Of a stretch of DNA of 64,000 bases, positions 46,662 through 57,056 are shown one piece after another (position 1 is the first letter of the stretch; the number at the start of each line of letters is the position of its first letter). The translations under genes and the position numbers were made by a program. Source of the DNA: Spirochaetota bacterium (GTDB lineage Bacteria; Spirochaetota; UBA4802; UBA5550); contig CAXXHB010000003.1 in assembly GCA_963664815.2 (NCBI GenBank), forward strand, positions 3,988,513 to 4,052,512. The letters run 5' to 3'. The notes under the pieces are model-generated. The model saw nothing but the letters and a program-made list of their open reading frames with translations, did not search any database and was not told where the DNA came from.

Positions 46662-47656
46662 GGCAGCTTCCTGTAATAAAGTGATCGAAGCAGTACCTCA
46701 ATAAAAAAAAGGGTAATTCCGGTAATCAATATCCATCCCGATCTGTCATCAAATTCATGGTAGACCTTCAGGTCACTTACAGACTTTTCAAGCTTGTCTA
46801 TCTGATCCATCGTTGCACTGAATACTCCGGTTGAATCAGCCCTGAAATATACCCCGCCAGTTGTTTCTGCAGTCTTCCTGAGTGATTCCTCATTGAAATG
46901 ATTAAACAAATACTGCTTGGGAAACATCGGTCCTGCCGGATTCGGATACGGTACCTTTCCATCCTGCCCTATTCCAACAGTATAAATCTTTATATTAAGA
47001 TCAGCACATGTTTTTGCAGCTGTTTCAGGGTCAATCTCACCACGGTTATTCATTCCGTCTGTAATAAGAAGTATCATCTTACCCTTTGCCTTACTCTCCA
47101 TCATTCTCGATGCTGACAGTGCAAGTGCATCACCTATTGCTGTTCCATCCTCGCTAACGCTGTCAAAATCCAGATCGGCTATAATCTCATTTATTATTTC
47201 ATGATCGACTGTAAGTGGCGATTGAAGATACGCATCTCCTGCAAAAACTACAAGTCCAATACGATCATTTCTCCTTCTGCTGATGAAATCTGAAACAACC
47301 TTTTTAGCCACCTCAAGTCTATTTTCCGGTTGAAAATCCTCACCTCTCATAGACCCCGAAAGATCAAGTGCAACAATAATATCTATTCCCTGATTTTTAA
47401 TGCTTGTATAAGATATTTTTTTCCCTGGAGCTGCAAGAGCAATAATGAGGAAGAAGAGTGAGATAAATCTTATATACCCTACATAGGGATATGATTTAGT
47501 TTTTAAATTCTCTCTCTTTTTAAGAACGTCCGTCGAGGAAACTGCTATAGCAGAATCCTTTCTTCCTGTTTCTTTGAAAATATAAAAATATAAATAGATG
47601 AAAAACGGGATCAGAAACAGTAGAAAAAAAGGGTATTTAAAGCCTAACTGTTCCAT
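46658..47656 (-). CDS. batA: VWA-domain protein BatA
   Basis: DIIVALDLSGSM, DRIGLVVFAGDAYLQSPLT, ILLITDGMNN and TM helices at both ends. There is a 4-nt overlap with batB. Confidence 0.85.
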   Translation of the reverse strand: MEQLGFKYPFFLLFLIPFFIYLYFYIFKETGRKDSAIAVSSTDVLKKRENLKTKSYPYVGYIRFISLFFLIIALAAPGKKISYTSIKNQGIDIIVALDLSGSMRGEDFQPENRLEVAKKVVSDFISRRRNDRIGLVVFAGDAYLQSPLTVDHEIINEIIADLDFDSVSEDGTAIGDALALSASRMMESKAKGKMILLITDGMNNRGEIDPETAAKTCADLNIKIYTVGIGQDGKVPYPNPAGPMFPKQYLFNHFNEESLRKTAETTGGVYFRADSTGVFSATMDQIDKLEKSVSDLKVYHEFDDRSGWILITGITLFFIEVLLRSLYYRKLP

Positions 47657-48692
47657 TATTCACCCTTTCATTTTCCAAAAGTATTCCCTGCTCAGAAATT
47701 CCGGATATTTTTTTTGCAACTGAAATTGTGGCATCCAGATTTTCCAGTAGCAGCTCAGCAGAAGGAGTAAATTCCGCGAATTTGGAAAAATCCCAAAGTC
47801 TCATATTGCTTATAATCTCCTCACCATAAATTGAATAGAGTTCTCCCGGCATATTCGTTTTTATACATGAAGCAATCTCAACTGTCGTCATCTCTGCAGC
47901 ATCAAAATTCAGCATCATCGAAAGATAGCGCCTGAATATAATTGATATATCAAAAACATATTCGTTGATCTTCCCTTTTTTAATTAATTCTCTCAGCTTC
48001 AGTGATTCAACTTCATTAAGAAAAACTTCAATTGGAGGGAGAGAAAGTTCTTCAACTTTGACAGGTCTTTTTCTCTTTTTTAGATAGATAATAATCGCAG
48101 CTAGTACAGCCCCGATAAGTACGACTGCCACAATAATCCAAATAATCCTTGTATAATTTCCGGATAGTGACACAGGAGGCTCAATCTCTTCAAGAGCACC
48201 ATCCCTGTTGACCTCTTCAATTGTAATCGTTGGTATCCTGTAACCGACAGCTATTCCGTCACTTCCGGCAACTTTAATTTCAGGAAGAATATAGTTCCCC
48301 GGTCTGTAATAACTGATTATTATTTTAACTGTAATCTGTTTACTCCCGTTTATGTCTGTCTCTTCACGGGATGCGTTATTTATAATATATAAAGGAACAT
48401 ATTCCCCCGATGATTTCTCTTTTTCACCGGAGACATTTTTATTGTTATTCTTTTTTTCTTTTTTATCATCCTCTTTTACAGGATAAACAATCTTCTTGTC
48501 AGGGAGGGTAATCTTCAAAGTATCGGGCTTAATACCATTAATATTAAGAGTATATATAAGAGGCTGGCCAACAGTCCCCTTCTCAGGAGTAACCAGGGCA
48601 TTAAGTGAAGGACCAGAGGCATATAAATATTTTCCGGTAAAGCTTATCAGTAAAATATAAAGAACAGTAATTATAATTTTATTTCTTTTCAT
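47637..48692 (-). CDS. Bat-operon membrane protein (BatD-like N-terminal domain, one TM helix, cytoplasmic tail)
   Basis: Signal peptide. LNALVTPEKGTVGQPLIYTLNINGIKPD resembles the BatD N-terminus. There is a TM helix IIWIIVAVVLIGAVLAAIIIYL. The gene sits between DUF58 and batA. Confidence 0.5.
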   Translation of the reverse strand: MKRNKIIITVLYILLISFTGKYLYASGPSLNALVTPEKGTVGQPLIYTLNINGIKPDTLKITLPDKKIVYPVKEDDKKEKKNNNKNVSGEKEKSSGEYVPLYIINNASREETDINGSKQITVKIIISYYRPGNYILPEIKVAGSDGIAVGYRIPTITIEEVNRDGALEEIEPPVSLSGNYTRIIWIIVAVVLIGAVLAAIIIYLKKRKRPVKVEELSLPPIEVFLNEVESLKLRELIKKGKINEYVFDISIIFRRYLSMMLNFDAAEMTTVEIASCIKTNMPGELYSIYGEEIISNMRLWDFSKFAEFTPSAELLLENLDATISVAKKISGISEQGILLENERVNNGTVRL

Positions 48693-48704
48693 AACGGCGG
48701 AATA

Positions 48705-49532
48705 TCAGCTGGCTTTTATTCTTTTGGAAAAAAACTTTAATACAGGAATTTCTATCAGCTCGTCTGTCTTTAACTTAATCGTATTAAACTCGCCTGTATC
48801 GGGAAAGTTAAGCTTCACAGGAATCGAGTCAGACAAAAATGTTTTCCCTGATTCAAGATCTAAATACTCTGTAAGTCCAAAAAACTTCATACCATACTCT
48901 ACCGGATCATAAACCTGTACCGGAATAACATCATGTTTCTTTGACATAAGACGCAGCTTTGGCAGGTAGTCACCAGTTGTATCAACAAAATCTGAAATTA
49001 CAAAAACAACACTGCGCTTCTTCATAACACGTTGCATAAAAACAGCTGCCGCTGAAATATTCGTTTTTCTGCTTTGTGGTCTGCATTTTATCACTTCGTC
49101 GAGTACTTTAAGAACATACTTTTTACCTTTACCAGGGCGTATAAATTTTTCAACCCTGTCTGAAAACAGTATCACCGAAACACGATCATTATTCATATTA
49201 GCAAGATAAAGCATCATAGCAAGAAATTCGAGTATTACTTCTTTCTTCTTCCTGTTAATACCGAAATCTGTAGAACCTGAAATATCTACCATAAACACCA
49301 GGGAAAGCTCTCTCTCTTCAATATACTCTTTTATGAAAAGATGATTCATCCTTGCAGAAACATTCCAATCTATGCGGCGCACATCATCACCGGGAGTATA
49401 TTCCCTAACTGAATCAAAAGAAAGGCCATATCCACGGAATGCAGATCTATATTCTCCGGAAAACATTGTATTAATTTTTTTACCGGTTTCAATCCTTATC
49501 TTTTTAAGAAGGGCAACCTCTCGTGAGTCCAA
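48705..49532 (-). CDS. DUF58-family protein (MoxR partner)
   Basis: YTPGDDVRRIDWNVSAR is the DUF58 hallmark. The gene lies immediately downstream of moxR. Confidence 0.85.
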   Translation of the reverse strand: MDSREVALLKKIRIETGKKINTMFSGEYRSAFRGYGLSFDSVREYTPGDDVRRIDWNVSARMNHLFIKEYIEERELSLVFMVDISGSTDFGINRKKKEVILEFLAMMLYLANMNNDRVSVILFSDRVEKFIRPGKGKKYVLKVLDEVIKCRPQSRKTNISAAAVFMQRVMKKRSVVFVISDFVDTTGDYLPKLRLMSKKHDVIPVQVYDPVEYGMKFFGLTEYLDLESGKTFLSDSIPVKLNFPDTGEFNTIKLKTDELIEIPVLKFFSKRIKAS

Positions 49533-50537
49533 TCAGGGAACCTCCACCGAATCAAAAACAAGCTTCACAATATCATCGGCGTTTTTGCCGTCAGCTTCCG
49601 CCTCATATGAAAGAATTATTCTATGCCTCAGAACATCGGCGCCTATTTCCTTTATATCATCCGGGGTAACAAAACCGCGACCCCGAATAAAAGCCATGCA
49701 TCTTGAAGCTTTCATGAGAGATATCGAAGCTCTGGGGCTTGCACCAAAATCAATATATTTTTTTACTTCTTTACGTGAAGGATTTCTGGTCTCTGAAACT
49801 ACAGAGACTATATATTTTAAAAGTTTATCGTTGATATATATACTCTCGACAAGTTCATTCTTCGCTTTTATCTCAACCGGAGAAATAATTTTTCGTATCC
49901 GATCGGCGCTGATATCCTTGAATCTGCGAAGTATTTCTATCTCATCCTCCTGAGAAGGATATCCTACAAGCACTTTCATAAAGAATCTGTCCAGTTGCGC
50001 CTCAGGAAGAGGATATGTACCCTCCTGTTCTATAGGATTTTCTGTAGCAAGTACCATAAACGGTTCTGGAAGCTGAAACGTTGTACTGCCTATTGTTACC
50101 TGCTTCTCTTCCATTGCCTGAAGAAGAGCTGACTGTACCTTGGCAGGTGCCCTGTTAATTTCATCGGCAAGAAGAATGTTCGTAAACAAAGGTCCTTTTC
50201 TTGTAAAGAAATCAAGTTCCCTGGGATTGTAAATCTGTGTTCCGGTGAGATCAGCCGGAAGAAGATCTGGAGTAAACTGGATACGCATAAAATCCGTGTC
50301 AATGGCTCTTGCGAAAGCTCTTACTGCCAGTGTCTTTGCAAGACCGGGAAGCCCCTCAAGGAGTATGTGGCCACCAACCATAAAAGATATAATAATACGC
50401 TCAACAAGCTTCTCCTGCCCGATAATGGCAGATGATATTTCGTTTCTGATATCATTTACAAATGCATTCTCACTTTTTACCTGTTGTGTGAGCTTTTCAA
50501 TTTCTGTAAAATCCATATATTGCTCCGGAGTAACCAT
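49533..50537 (-). CDS. moxR: MoxR-family AAA+ ATPase
   Basis: Walker A GHILLEGLPGLAKT, Walker B LLADEINRAPAK, TENPIEQEGTYPLPEAQLDRF. Confidence 0.92.
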   Translation of the reverse strand: MVTPEQYMDFTEIEKLTQQVKSENAFVNDIRNEISSAIIGQEKLVERIIISFMVGGHILLEGLPGLAKTLAVRAFARAIDTDFMRIQFTPDLLPADLTGTQIYNPRELDFFTRKGPLFTNILLADEINRAPAKVQSALLQAMEEKQVTIGSTTFQLPEPFMVLATENPIEQEGTYPLPEAQLDRFFMKVLVGYPSQEDEIEILRRFKDISADRIRKIISPVEIKAKNELVESIYINDKLLKYIVSVVSETRNPSRKEVKKYIDFGASPRASISLMKASRCMAFIRGRGFVTPDDIKEIGADVLRHRIILSYEAEADGKNADDIVKLVFDSVEVP

Positions 50538-50827
50538 AAATATTTATAATAATATTCTAATTTCTTTGTTGAAATTAAAATTTATAATCCCTTTTGTGAT
50601 TCCTTTCATAAACCTCAGCATGCTTAATCTTAACTCATCTATAAATATTATTTTATTCCAAAAGGAATTTTTAAAATTATATATATTCATTTCACATATA
50701 TCAATAAATAACAAATAAAAATCCCACTCACAAGTAACCGTTGGGAATAAATTCCTCTAAATAGTTCTCAGCTTAATGTTTTCTCTGATAAACTTATTTG
50801 TTTCATGTTACAAAGTTTTAAAAAAAA

Positions 50828-51994
50828 TTACCTGCTAACAGGAAGAGACAGAAGACTTAATGGATCAACATACACCCCGCGAATATATAAAGAAACATGA
50901 AGATGTGGTCCAGTAGCAATACCTGTAGCTCCAACTCCACCTATAACTTCACCAGCTCTGACCTTCTCACCCTCCTTTACTTTTATTGAATTGAGATGCT
51001 GGTAATATGAAAAAACTTTGTTACCATGATCTATAATGATCATATTCCCTTCATAAAACATTGAATGCGACAACACAATAATTCCGTCAGCTATTGCAAA
51101 AACCGGTGCACCTATTCCGCCCTTAAGATCAACCCCTTTATGAAAATTTTTCTTACCCTCAATCGCAACTCTCTTTTTATTTTTTCTGTTATAATTTAGA
51201 TAAATTCTCTTTCGCCAGAAATCACCAGTAATTTTATACATATCACGGGGATACGCAAGTACACTTTGCATACTATCTTCAGATACAGAATTAAATGCTT
51301 TTTTACGCAAAGTGGAGCACTCCGCTATGAAATTTCTGAATTTTGGACTAGAAGTATAATCTTTATTTGAAAACTTTCCTACATCAAGCATGCTTTTAGA
51401 AACAGGATATTTAACATCCTTGATCATAATCTCTGAAGATAAATTCTGATCCTTACCATTAATTCTGTAACGGATTAAAACTGGAGCGTTTCCCGGTTTC
51501 TCCTCCGGATCAATACCCCATAGTCCTCTGAATCCCCAGGAAGTACCGGTTAAAGGAACATTTTTGTCTTTATAAAAAAAAGCTAAATCTGAGACTAATG
51601 ACCCTCCCTGCTTTTCGATTTCAACATAAACAGCGTTACCCTGTGCAAAATTTTTTGCATAAAGGATTACTCTGATATAATCATTGTTAAAATTTAAAAT
51701 CTCCGGTTTTACCAATTTGAAATCTGACGGTTTTATAAGAGTTGAATATCTATTTTTACCGGAACACTTTAATTCAGAATAATTCTTAACAACCTCCATA
51801 TTTTGTGATAAAGCAATAGTTCCCTCAGAATATAAATTCTTTCTATCAGTCGAACTACATTCAGTAATAAACATTAATAAAAATAAAACAACAAAAATAG
51901 CTATATATTTATTTCTCAAAAAAACACCCCATAAATTTATTGTTTCTTTTACATAAATGATTATTATATTGTTTACTATATTGTTCGTACACAT
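50828..51994 (-). CDS. M23-family metallopeptidase
   Basis: HKGVDLKGGIGAPVFAIADG and YYQHLNSIKVKEGEKVRAGEVIGGVGATGIATGPHLHVSL (HxxxD / HxH). The true start is probably downstream of 51994: TTG 51919 after GGGGTG gives MRNKYIAIFVVLFLLMFIT. Confidence 0.85.
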   Translation of the reverse strand: MCTNNIVNNIIIIYVKETINLWGVFLRNKYIAIFVVLFLLMFITECSSTDRKNLYSEGTIALSQNMEVVKNYSELKCSGKNRYSTLIKPSDFKLVKPEILNFNNDYIRVILYAKNFAQGNAVYVEIEKQGGSLVSDLAFFYKDKNVPLTGTSWGFRGLWGIDPEEKPGNAPVLIRYRINGKDQNLSSEIMIKDVKYPVSKSMLDVGKFSNKDYTSSPKFRNFIAECSTLRKKAFNSVSEDSMQSVLAYPRDMYKITGDFWRKRIYLNYNRKNKKRVAIEGKKNFHKGVDLKGGIGAPVFAIADGIIVLSHSMFYEGNMIIIDHGNKVFSYYQHLNSIKVKEGEKVRAGEVIGGVGATGIATGPHLHVSLYIRGVYVDPLSLLSLPVSR

Positions 51995-52210
51995 ATGAAG
52001 AATACATTTTTCTCTCTTTACTGTGTCTAAACAACGGGGAATATTAAATATTAAGCATTATAATTCATTGATAGAGACCCTGTCAGTAATGTAATATATA
52101 TCTTTTAAACCTGTAGCCCATCGTGGAGGACATTTCACAATGGACTTTTGTATATATTTATTCATCTATATTACAACGCAAATAAATTTCATAAATACAT
52201 AAAGAAAAAA

Positions 52211-53203
52211 ATGAAAAGTATACAGTTATTCAGTGAATCAGAGGAAATAATAGTTACAGAAATAAATAAGCTGCTGTTACATTCAGGTGATATTGTAGAT
52301 TCAATTGTAATTTCCGACACCCTGTTCTCACTTCAGAAGCTTGCAGAATCAATTTCCTATTATCCATCACTCCTCGACCGGCAGATTTTAGGAAAACACA
52401 ACCGCACACTTGAAACGCTTGTGGAGAACCTGTGCTCTCATTCAGGTCTCAATCTTCTTCTTAATACTCCTACTAAGGCAATACTTGGGAGAGGGTTCAC
52501 AATAGCAAAAATGAATTTTTTTATTCTTGTTTCATATATCTGCTCTGATTACTTTAACCTGTGCTCCGACGGGGATAATTTAAAAAAAATAATAGCCCTC
52601 AATGTTTTCTCTATAATGGCGGAAGAGGTTTTTATTTCAATTGTTTCTGACGACTCCCTTGATATTGGTTTACGGACAAAAGCCGGGTTTCTCCTGGTAA
52701 CGGTTTGGGAACAGCGAATTTACATGGGGATAGAAAAACTCGAACCAATTCTTACCGATTTATGGATATCCAGGCAATCATTCTCTCCCGCATTCGGAAC
52801 TATGCAGGGAATAGCAGAAATCACAGCGTTCTGTTCAGGTGGAAATTCTATTTTGCTTGATTTTCTTGAAGACAGCGATTTTAACATTGATACCCTTGAT
52901 GCCATGAAAGAATATTTAATGGGGTTGTCATATGAAGAATTGATAAAAATTGAAGAATATATGCTGTCAAAATCAATACCTTCACTTCAATTTTCAGATG
53001 TGGAAAAGGTACTGGAGTTATCAAAGTCATATCCTATGTTTGATTATCATGACCCTCGCGAAATGTATCACTTTTATATGAGAAGAAAAAACAATGCTAT
53101 ATTCAGAAAAAAAAACGGAATGAAAGGACCCAAAAGAACTATTGAAGAATATCTGATCTGCTACATGCTTAAAAATAAAATAATAGAAAATAATAATGAT
53201 TAA
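52211..53203 (+). CDS. Hypothetical cytoplasmic protein
   Basis: Long ORF with no recognised motif. I prefer ATG 52211 (MKSIQLF) over TTG 52148. Confidence 0.5.
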   Translation: MKSIQLFSESEEIIVTEINKLLLHSGDIVDSIVISDTLFSLQKLAESISYYPSLLDRQILGKHNRTLETLVENLCSHSGLNLLLNTPTKAILGRGFTIAKMNFFILVSYICSDYFNLCSDGDNLKKIIALNVFSIMAEEVFISIVSDDSLDIGLRTKAGFLLVTVWEQRIYMGIEKLEPILTDLWISRQSFSPAFGTMQGIAEITAFCSGGNSILLDFLEDSDFNIDTLDAMKEYLMGLSYEELIKIEEYMLSKSIPSLQFSDVEKVLELSKSYPMFDYHDPREMYHFYMRRKNNAIFRKKNGMKGPKRTIEEYLICYMLKNKIIENNND

Positions 53204-53317
53204 AAAGTATCTGCCATTTCAGTCCTTGCACCCTTTTACTGAGTTTATTCCAAAAGAAAAAGATCCTGCAGATAAACCTAAAAGGAGCAAAGAATGAATG
53301 ACATGTTATATTTATAA

Positions 53318-54052
53318 TTATTTCTGTTCGGCTTTTCCCTCTTCTCCCAATTCTTTATTTAGCTGTTCAAGGTTTTTTGTTGCCTCATCAAGCGCTTTTT
53401 TCATCTGTTCCTGATCTTCCATTGGAATGTTTTTCATCATTTGGTCAGGGATTGTACTTGCAGCTTTCATGCAGAGGAGACCACTTATAATCATAAGTAC
53501 AGGAATTACAGCTAAAATAATAGATATAACCTTTGCAGGGCCTTCTTTACCGGCAAGAGCTTTAATAATAGCATTGTACAAGAGCCAGATTCCATACAGA
53601 GATACAGCCATACTCGCTATTCCTCCAAACCAGAGACTGAAACCGTTTAAAAATCCTAAAAAAGCACTTATAGGAGAAATGGCCATTAATGACGAAGTAA
53701 CCCTTACATTAGCTTCATAATCAGTGTTTCCTCCGCATATTGCACTTATAACAAGAATAATTGCACCGCCAATGAAAAGGCCTATTATTGAACCGATAAC
53801 AGACATTACGACGCCCATTACACCAACACCACCCCCAATCATTCCACCAAAAATTCCACCGACACCACCGAGAGAGAGTACTCCCCATAATAAATTTATA
53901 AGAGCCGCCAGAAAGCCATAAATAACTGCTTTAATCAGCGGTTCTGCTAATCCGCCACTTTTTGACATAACTGAAAAATATTCGGCCGGAGTTAATAAAG
54001 TTGCCTTTGTTTCATCCAGAAATTTTTTAAAATCGAATGCGACTTCAGCCAT
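53318..54052 (-). CDS. Yip1-domain polytopic membrane protein
   Basis: An N-terminal cytoplasmic segment is followed by five Gly-rich TM helices (Yip1-like topology) and a charged coiled tail. Confidence 0.55.
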   Translation of the reverse strand: MAEVAFDFKKFLDETKATLLTPAEYFSVMSKSGGLAEPLIKAVIYGFLAALINLLWGVLSLGGVGGIFGGMIGGGVGVMGVVMSVIGSIIGLFIGGAIILVISAICGGNTDYEANVRVTSSLMAISPISAFLGFLNGFSLWFGGIASMAVSLYGIWLLYNAIIKALAGKEGPAKVISIILAVIPVLMIISGLLCMKAASTIPDQMMKNIPMEDQEQMKKALDEATKNLEQLNKELGEEGKAEQK

Positions 54053-54353
54053 AAAGTCCTCCTCTTTAATTTATATATTTATTATACTGCATGATATTCA
54101 CAATTCAAGCATTATTCTTTTTAAATTTCAAGTAATTTGCTATAACATAAAAATTATATATTTAATTTAAATTATTCATATTTTCTCCGCTAAACCGGCA
54201 AACACCAGTTTTTTCTTAATTTGGTTAATCGAAGATTGTATCTGATTCAAAGAACTTTTATCATATATTAATATAAATAAAAAATTATCCTGATTGACTA
54301 AAAATATCATGGATATTAGAAGAATACGAAATATCTATGAGACATAATTTATC

Positions 54354-55352
54354 GTGAACATCATAAACCTGATAACAACAAAAAATTCTCTCCTGAAAGT
54401 TCCTCTTCAAAATGAAGGTTTCATTATTAATGAATTTTCTCCTGCTGATGATGTTAAAGAAATTGAGGAAAAGATAGTCAAAGGGAAAAATAATTACACA
54501 CTCTTTGAAATCATAGATTTTAAAAATTCCACACCTGATCTCTTTTTAAAAAGAATCCGGTTTCTCTATGATAAATCAAAACTAATCTGTTTATCCGAAA
54601 CAATCTCCCCTGATTTAAGAAACTTTTTTATTAAATCAGGGATATCAGACTGTATTACAACATTCTCACCAGATCGTATAGCACTATATATAAAAAGCCT
54701 CAATACAAAAATTGAGGTCAAACCCGGCTTATTCATTATTCTTGATGATAATGAATTTCATAAAAATATGTTTAATTCAATTATTAAAAGATTCGGATAT
54801 ATAATTCGTTTTGTATCAACAATCGATGAACTTTTTCAAACAGTAAAAGAACCTGATAATGTAATGACATTAATAAATATTGGGGCTAAAAACCTTGATC
54901 TCAATGGACTTGTTAGACAATCATACATCAATCCAGATATTAAAAAAAATCCAGTCATAACATACAAGTGCATGGAGCAGGGTCTTTTTGTCCATGAAAT
55001 TGTAAATGGCCTCAACAGGCTGACAAAAGTGATACTTTCCCCTGAAGAACTTTTCTGTATGCTTTTAGATATTCTTTTCAAAAAAGAGATAATATCATAC
55101 ACCAGTACCTATATCAACACATTGAAATATGAAAAAATTTTCTCTTTTGCCGAAAAACCTCTTCAGCAGATATATTATGAAAACCATGGAAAAATTATCG
55201 GACAGGACTCAATTTTTGAAAAAGATAGAATAGATTCGATGATATATACATCCGAAATGATAAAACGTACCCTTATCAGAGCTGAAGGGATCTTATGGCT
55301 TAAACAAAGTGAGTCTTCAAGGAACAGAATTACCTGCGGAGTGGGTGCCTGA
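54354..55352 (+). CDS. Hypothetical protein with two degenerate CheY-like receiver-type modules
   Basis: GTG start. Two alternating beta/alpha segments of about 120 aa (IINLITTKNSLL...ICLSE...; LFIILDDNEFHKNMFNSIIKRFGYIIRFVSTIDELF...) lack a clear phospho-acceptor Asp. Confidence 0.4.
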   Translation: MNIINLITTKNSLLKVPLQNEGFIINEFSPADDVKEIEEKIVKGKNNYTLFEIIDFKNSTPDLFLKRIRFLYDKSKLICLSETISPDLRNFFIKSGISDCITTFSPDRIALYIKSLNTKIEVKPGLFIILDDNEFHKNMFNSIIKRFGYIIRFVSTIDELFQTVKEPDNVMTLINIGAKNLDLNGLVRQSYINPDIKKNPVITYKCMEQGLFVHEIVNGLNRLTKVILSPEELFCMLLDILFKKEIISYTSTYINTLKYEKIFSFAEKPLQQIYYENHGKIIGQDSIFEKDRIDSMIYTSEMIKRTLIRAEGILWLKQSESSRNRITCGVGA

Positions 55353-55956
55353 AATTAATTTCTCCTTTTCTTAGTGAATCAATAGTTTGAATAGGAATCC
55401 TGAATTCATAATCATTTGGCTTGCCTTCCGGAAAACATGGTCTTTCTTTTCTATGGCACGAAAGGCATAGCCGCTCCCTGGTCTTCAGACTTGCTATTCC
55501 AAGAATAGGATACATTCCGTATTTTATTCCTCTTCTGTAACCATTTTCTCTGCTGCTGTAATCAACGTGATTGCTTGCTTTATAATATTCACTTCCAGGG
55601 CCATGACAGGCTTCACATCCTACCCCCTCTTTAACTACAGTATTAACCTTACCTTTTCCTGTAGCATGGCATTTCAGGCAAGCATAATCCTTTTCGGGTG
55701 ATGTTACCTCTACTTTCTTTGCTATTTCAGCAGCTTTTTCACTTATCAGTATATTATATGCTTTTGCATGAGGAGATAATAACCAGATTTTATACTGATT
55801 ACCAATTACATCATCTCCATGACACTCTTTACATCCTTTTGAACCGATAAATGTAAAAAATCCAATATCATTTTCACTTCCCAAAAGAGAAAACTGATTA
55901 AATGATTGTATAAGCAGTAAAAAAGTAAAAATCAAAACAACTTGCAAACGTAGCAA
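55330..55956 (-). CDS. Secreted tetrahaem c-type cytochrome (cytochrome c554-like family)
   Basis: Four CxxCH sites (CKECH, CLKCH, CEACH, CLSCH) and a signal peptide. TTG start after an AGGGAG RBS. The 3' end overlaps the convergent upstream ORF by 23 nt. Confidence 0.85.
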   Translation of the reverse strand: MLRLQVVLIFTFLLLIQSFNQFSLLGSENDIGFFTFIGSKGCKECHGDDVIGNQYKIWLLSPHAKAYNILISEKAAEIAKKVEVTSPEKDYACLKCHATGKGKVNTVVKEGVGCEACHGPGSEYYKASNHVDYSSRENGYRRGIKYGMYPILGIASLKTRERLCLSCHRKERPCFPEGKPNDYEFRIPIQTIDSLRKGEINFRHPLRR

Positions 55957-56204
55957 TATATTACTCCCTTCATTCTTTTATAAATAAGAATTAAGAAATA
56001 CAGTTATTCACATTAACTTTACTCTGCAAACATAGATAGATTTTTAAAACAAACACAGCTTCTTACCTCTTTACCTGCTAGGTTCTATCCATATATAATT
56101 TTGAATAAATTTTATGACTGTAAATCGATATAACATTTACAATATTTTGAAAACCTGTATATTTATACTCAAACAAATAATAAAAACGTCAAGAAAATTT
56201 GCTC

Positions 56205-56235
56205 TTGACATTGATTACAATTAGATTATTATAAA
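56205..56235 (+). promoter_or_regulatory. Sigma70-like promoter candidate
   Basis: TTGACA (56205-56210) is followed by ATTATA at a 17-nt spacer or TATAAA at a 19-nt spacer, about 20-25 nt upstream of the GGAGAA RBS and ATG 56256. Confidence 0.4.
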
Positions 56236-56255
56236 TTTATTATGGAGAATTAACC

Positions 56256-56552
56256 ATGGGAAAAATTGACAATGATGAATATCGAATAGGAATGTTTTTC
56301 GTTGAAAACGGCATTATTAATGATTCCCAGCTTAATGAAGCTCTTGAACTACAGAAAGATAACAAGGACAGGCTTCTTGGTGAGATCTTCGTAACACTCG
56401 GTTTTCTCTCTAAAGAAGACCTTATTATGGCTCTAGAAATGTACATGATGATGACCGATTCTGACGGCCCGGGAATAGATGAATGGCTCGATCAGGAGGA
56501 AATTGACATGATGTTGAAAAAGCTTGATAACTCAAAATCAAAAAGTTCTTGA
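56256..56552 (+). CDS. Stand-alone MshEN-like (T2SS-E N-terminal type) domain protein, putative c-di-GMP binder
   Basis: [24 protein letters not shown] and the following [24 protein letters not shown] fit the tandem RLGxx[LVI][LVI]xxG[LVI][LVI]xxxxLxxxLxxQ motifs. Confidence 0.6.
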   Translation: MGKIDNDEYRIGMFFVENGIINDSQLNEALELQKDNKDRLLGEIFVTLGFLSKEDLIMALEMYMMMTDSDGPGIDEWLDQEEIDMMLKKLDNSKSKSS

Positions 56553-56584
56553 CAAATGGCCGCATATACAAAACAAATGTACCC

Positions 56585-57001
56585 ATGCTAGAGTATGAAG
56601 ATAACATATGTTTTGCCTGTGGTCAGGAAAATGAAGTCGGGCTTAAATTAAAGCTCAGATTCGATGATGACACAAAAACGGCCTATGGTGAGTTTACAGC
56701 TCATGAACTGCTAGAAGGAATCCCCAACATAATACATTCGGGAGTTATTGCGACAATTCTTGATGAAACTATGGTAACAGTTAATAAATACCTCGAAGTA
56801 ATGGCTATAACAAGTGAGCTTACAATCAGGTATCTGCAACCGGCATTTGTCGGCGAAAATCTCCATATCAGAGGGTGGTTTGTAAAAAAAAGCAAAAGGG
56901 TCATTGAGAACAGAGCGGAAATTGAAAATGAAATGGGGAAAATTGTCGCCAGAGCAAAAGGAAAATATATAGAAGTTGACGAGATCCCTCAACCTGAGTA
57001 A
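56585..57001 (+). CDS. PaaI-type hotdog-fold thioesterase
   Basis: [18 protein letters not shown] and [15 protein letters not shown] prefer ATG 56585 over the track's TTG 56549. Confidence 0.75.
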   Translation: MLEYEDNICFACGQENEVGLKLKLRFDDDTKTAYGEFTAHELLEGIPNIIHSGVIATILDETMVTVNKYLEVMAITSELTIRYLQPAFVGENLHIRGWFVKKSKRVIENRAEIENEMGKIVARAKGKYIEVDEIPQPE

Positions 57002-57056
57002 ATTCAGCTACTCATTGTTTCAACTTTTTTATAATAAATATTTTTGGTGTTTGCAA

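Noticed and set aside
49372-50718. 193-aa and 157-aa + strand ORFs opposite DUF58 and moxR
   Set aside because: They are antisense to strongly supported Bat-operon genes, their translations are Ser/Ile/Phe-rich low-complexity, and they have no start context.
53427-53921. Two + strand ORFs (97 and 65 aa) opposite the Yip1 gene, one Pro/Ile/Thr-rich
   Set aside because: They are mirror images of the Gly-rich TM helices of the minus-strand gene (GGx codons read as xCC, giving Pro). They are shadow ORFs.
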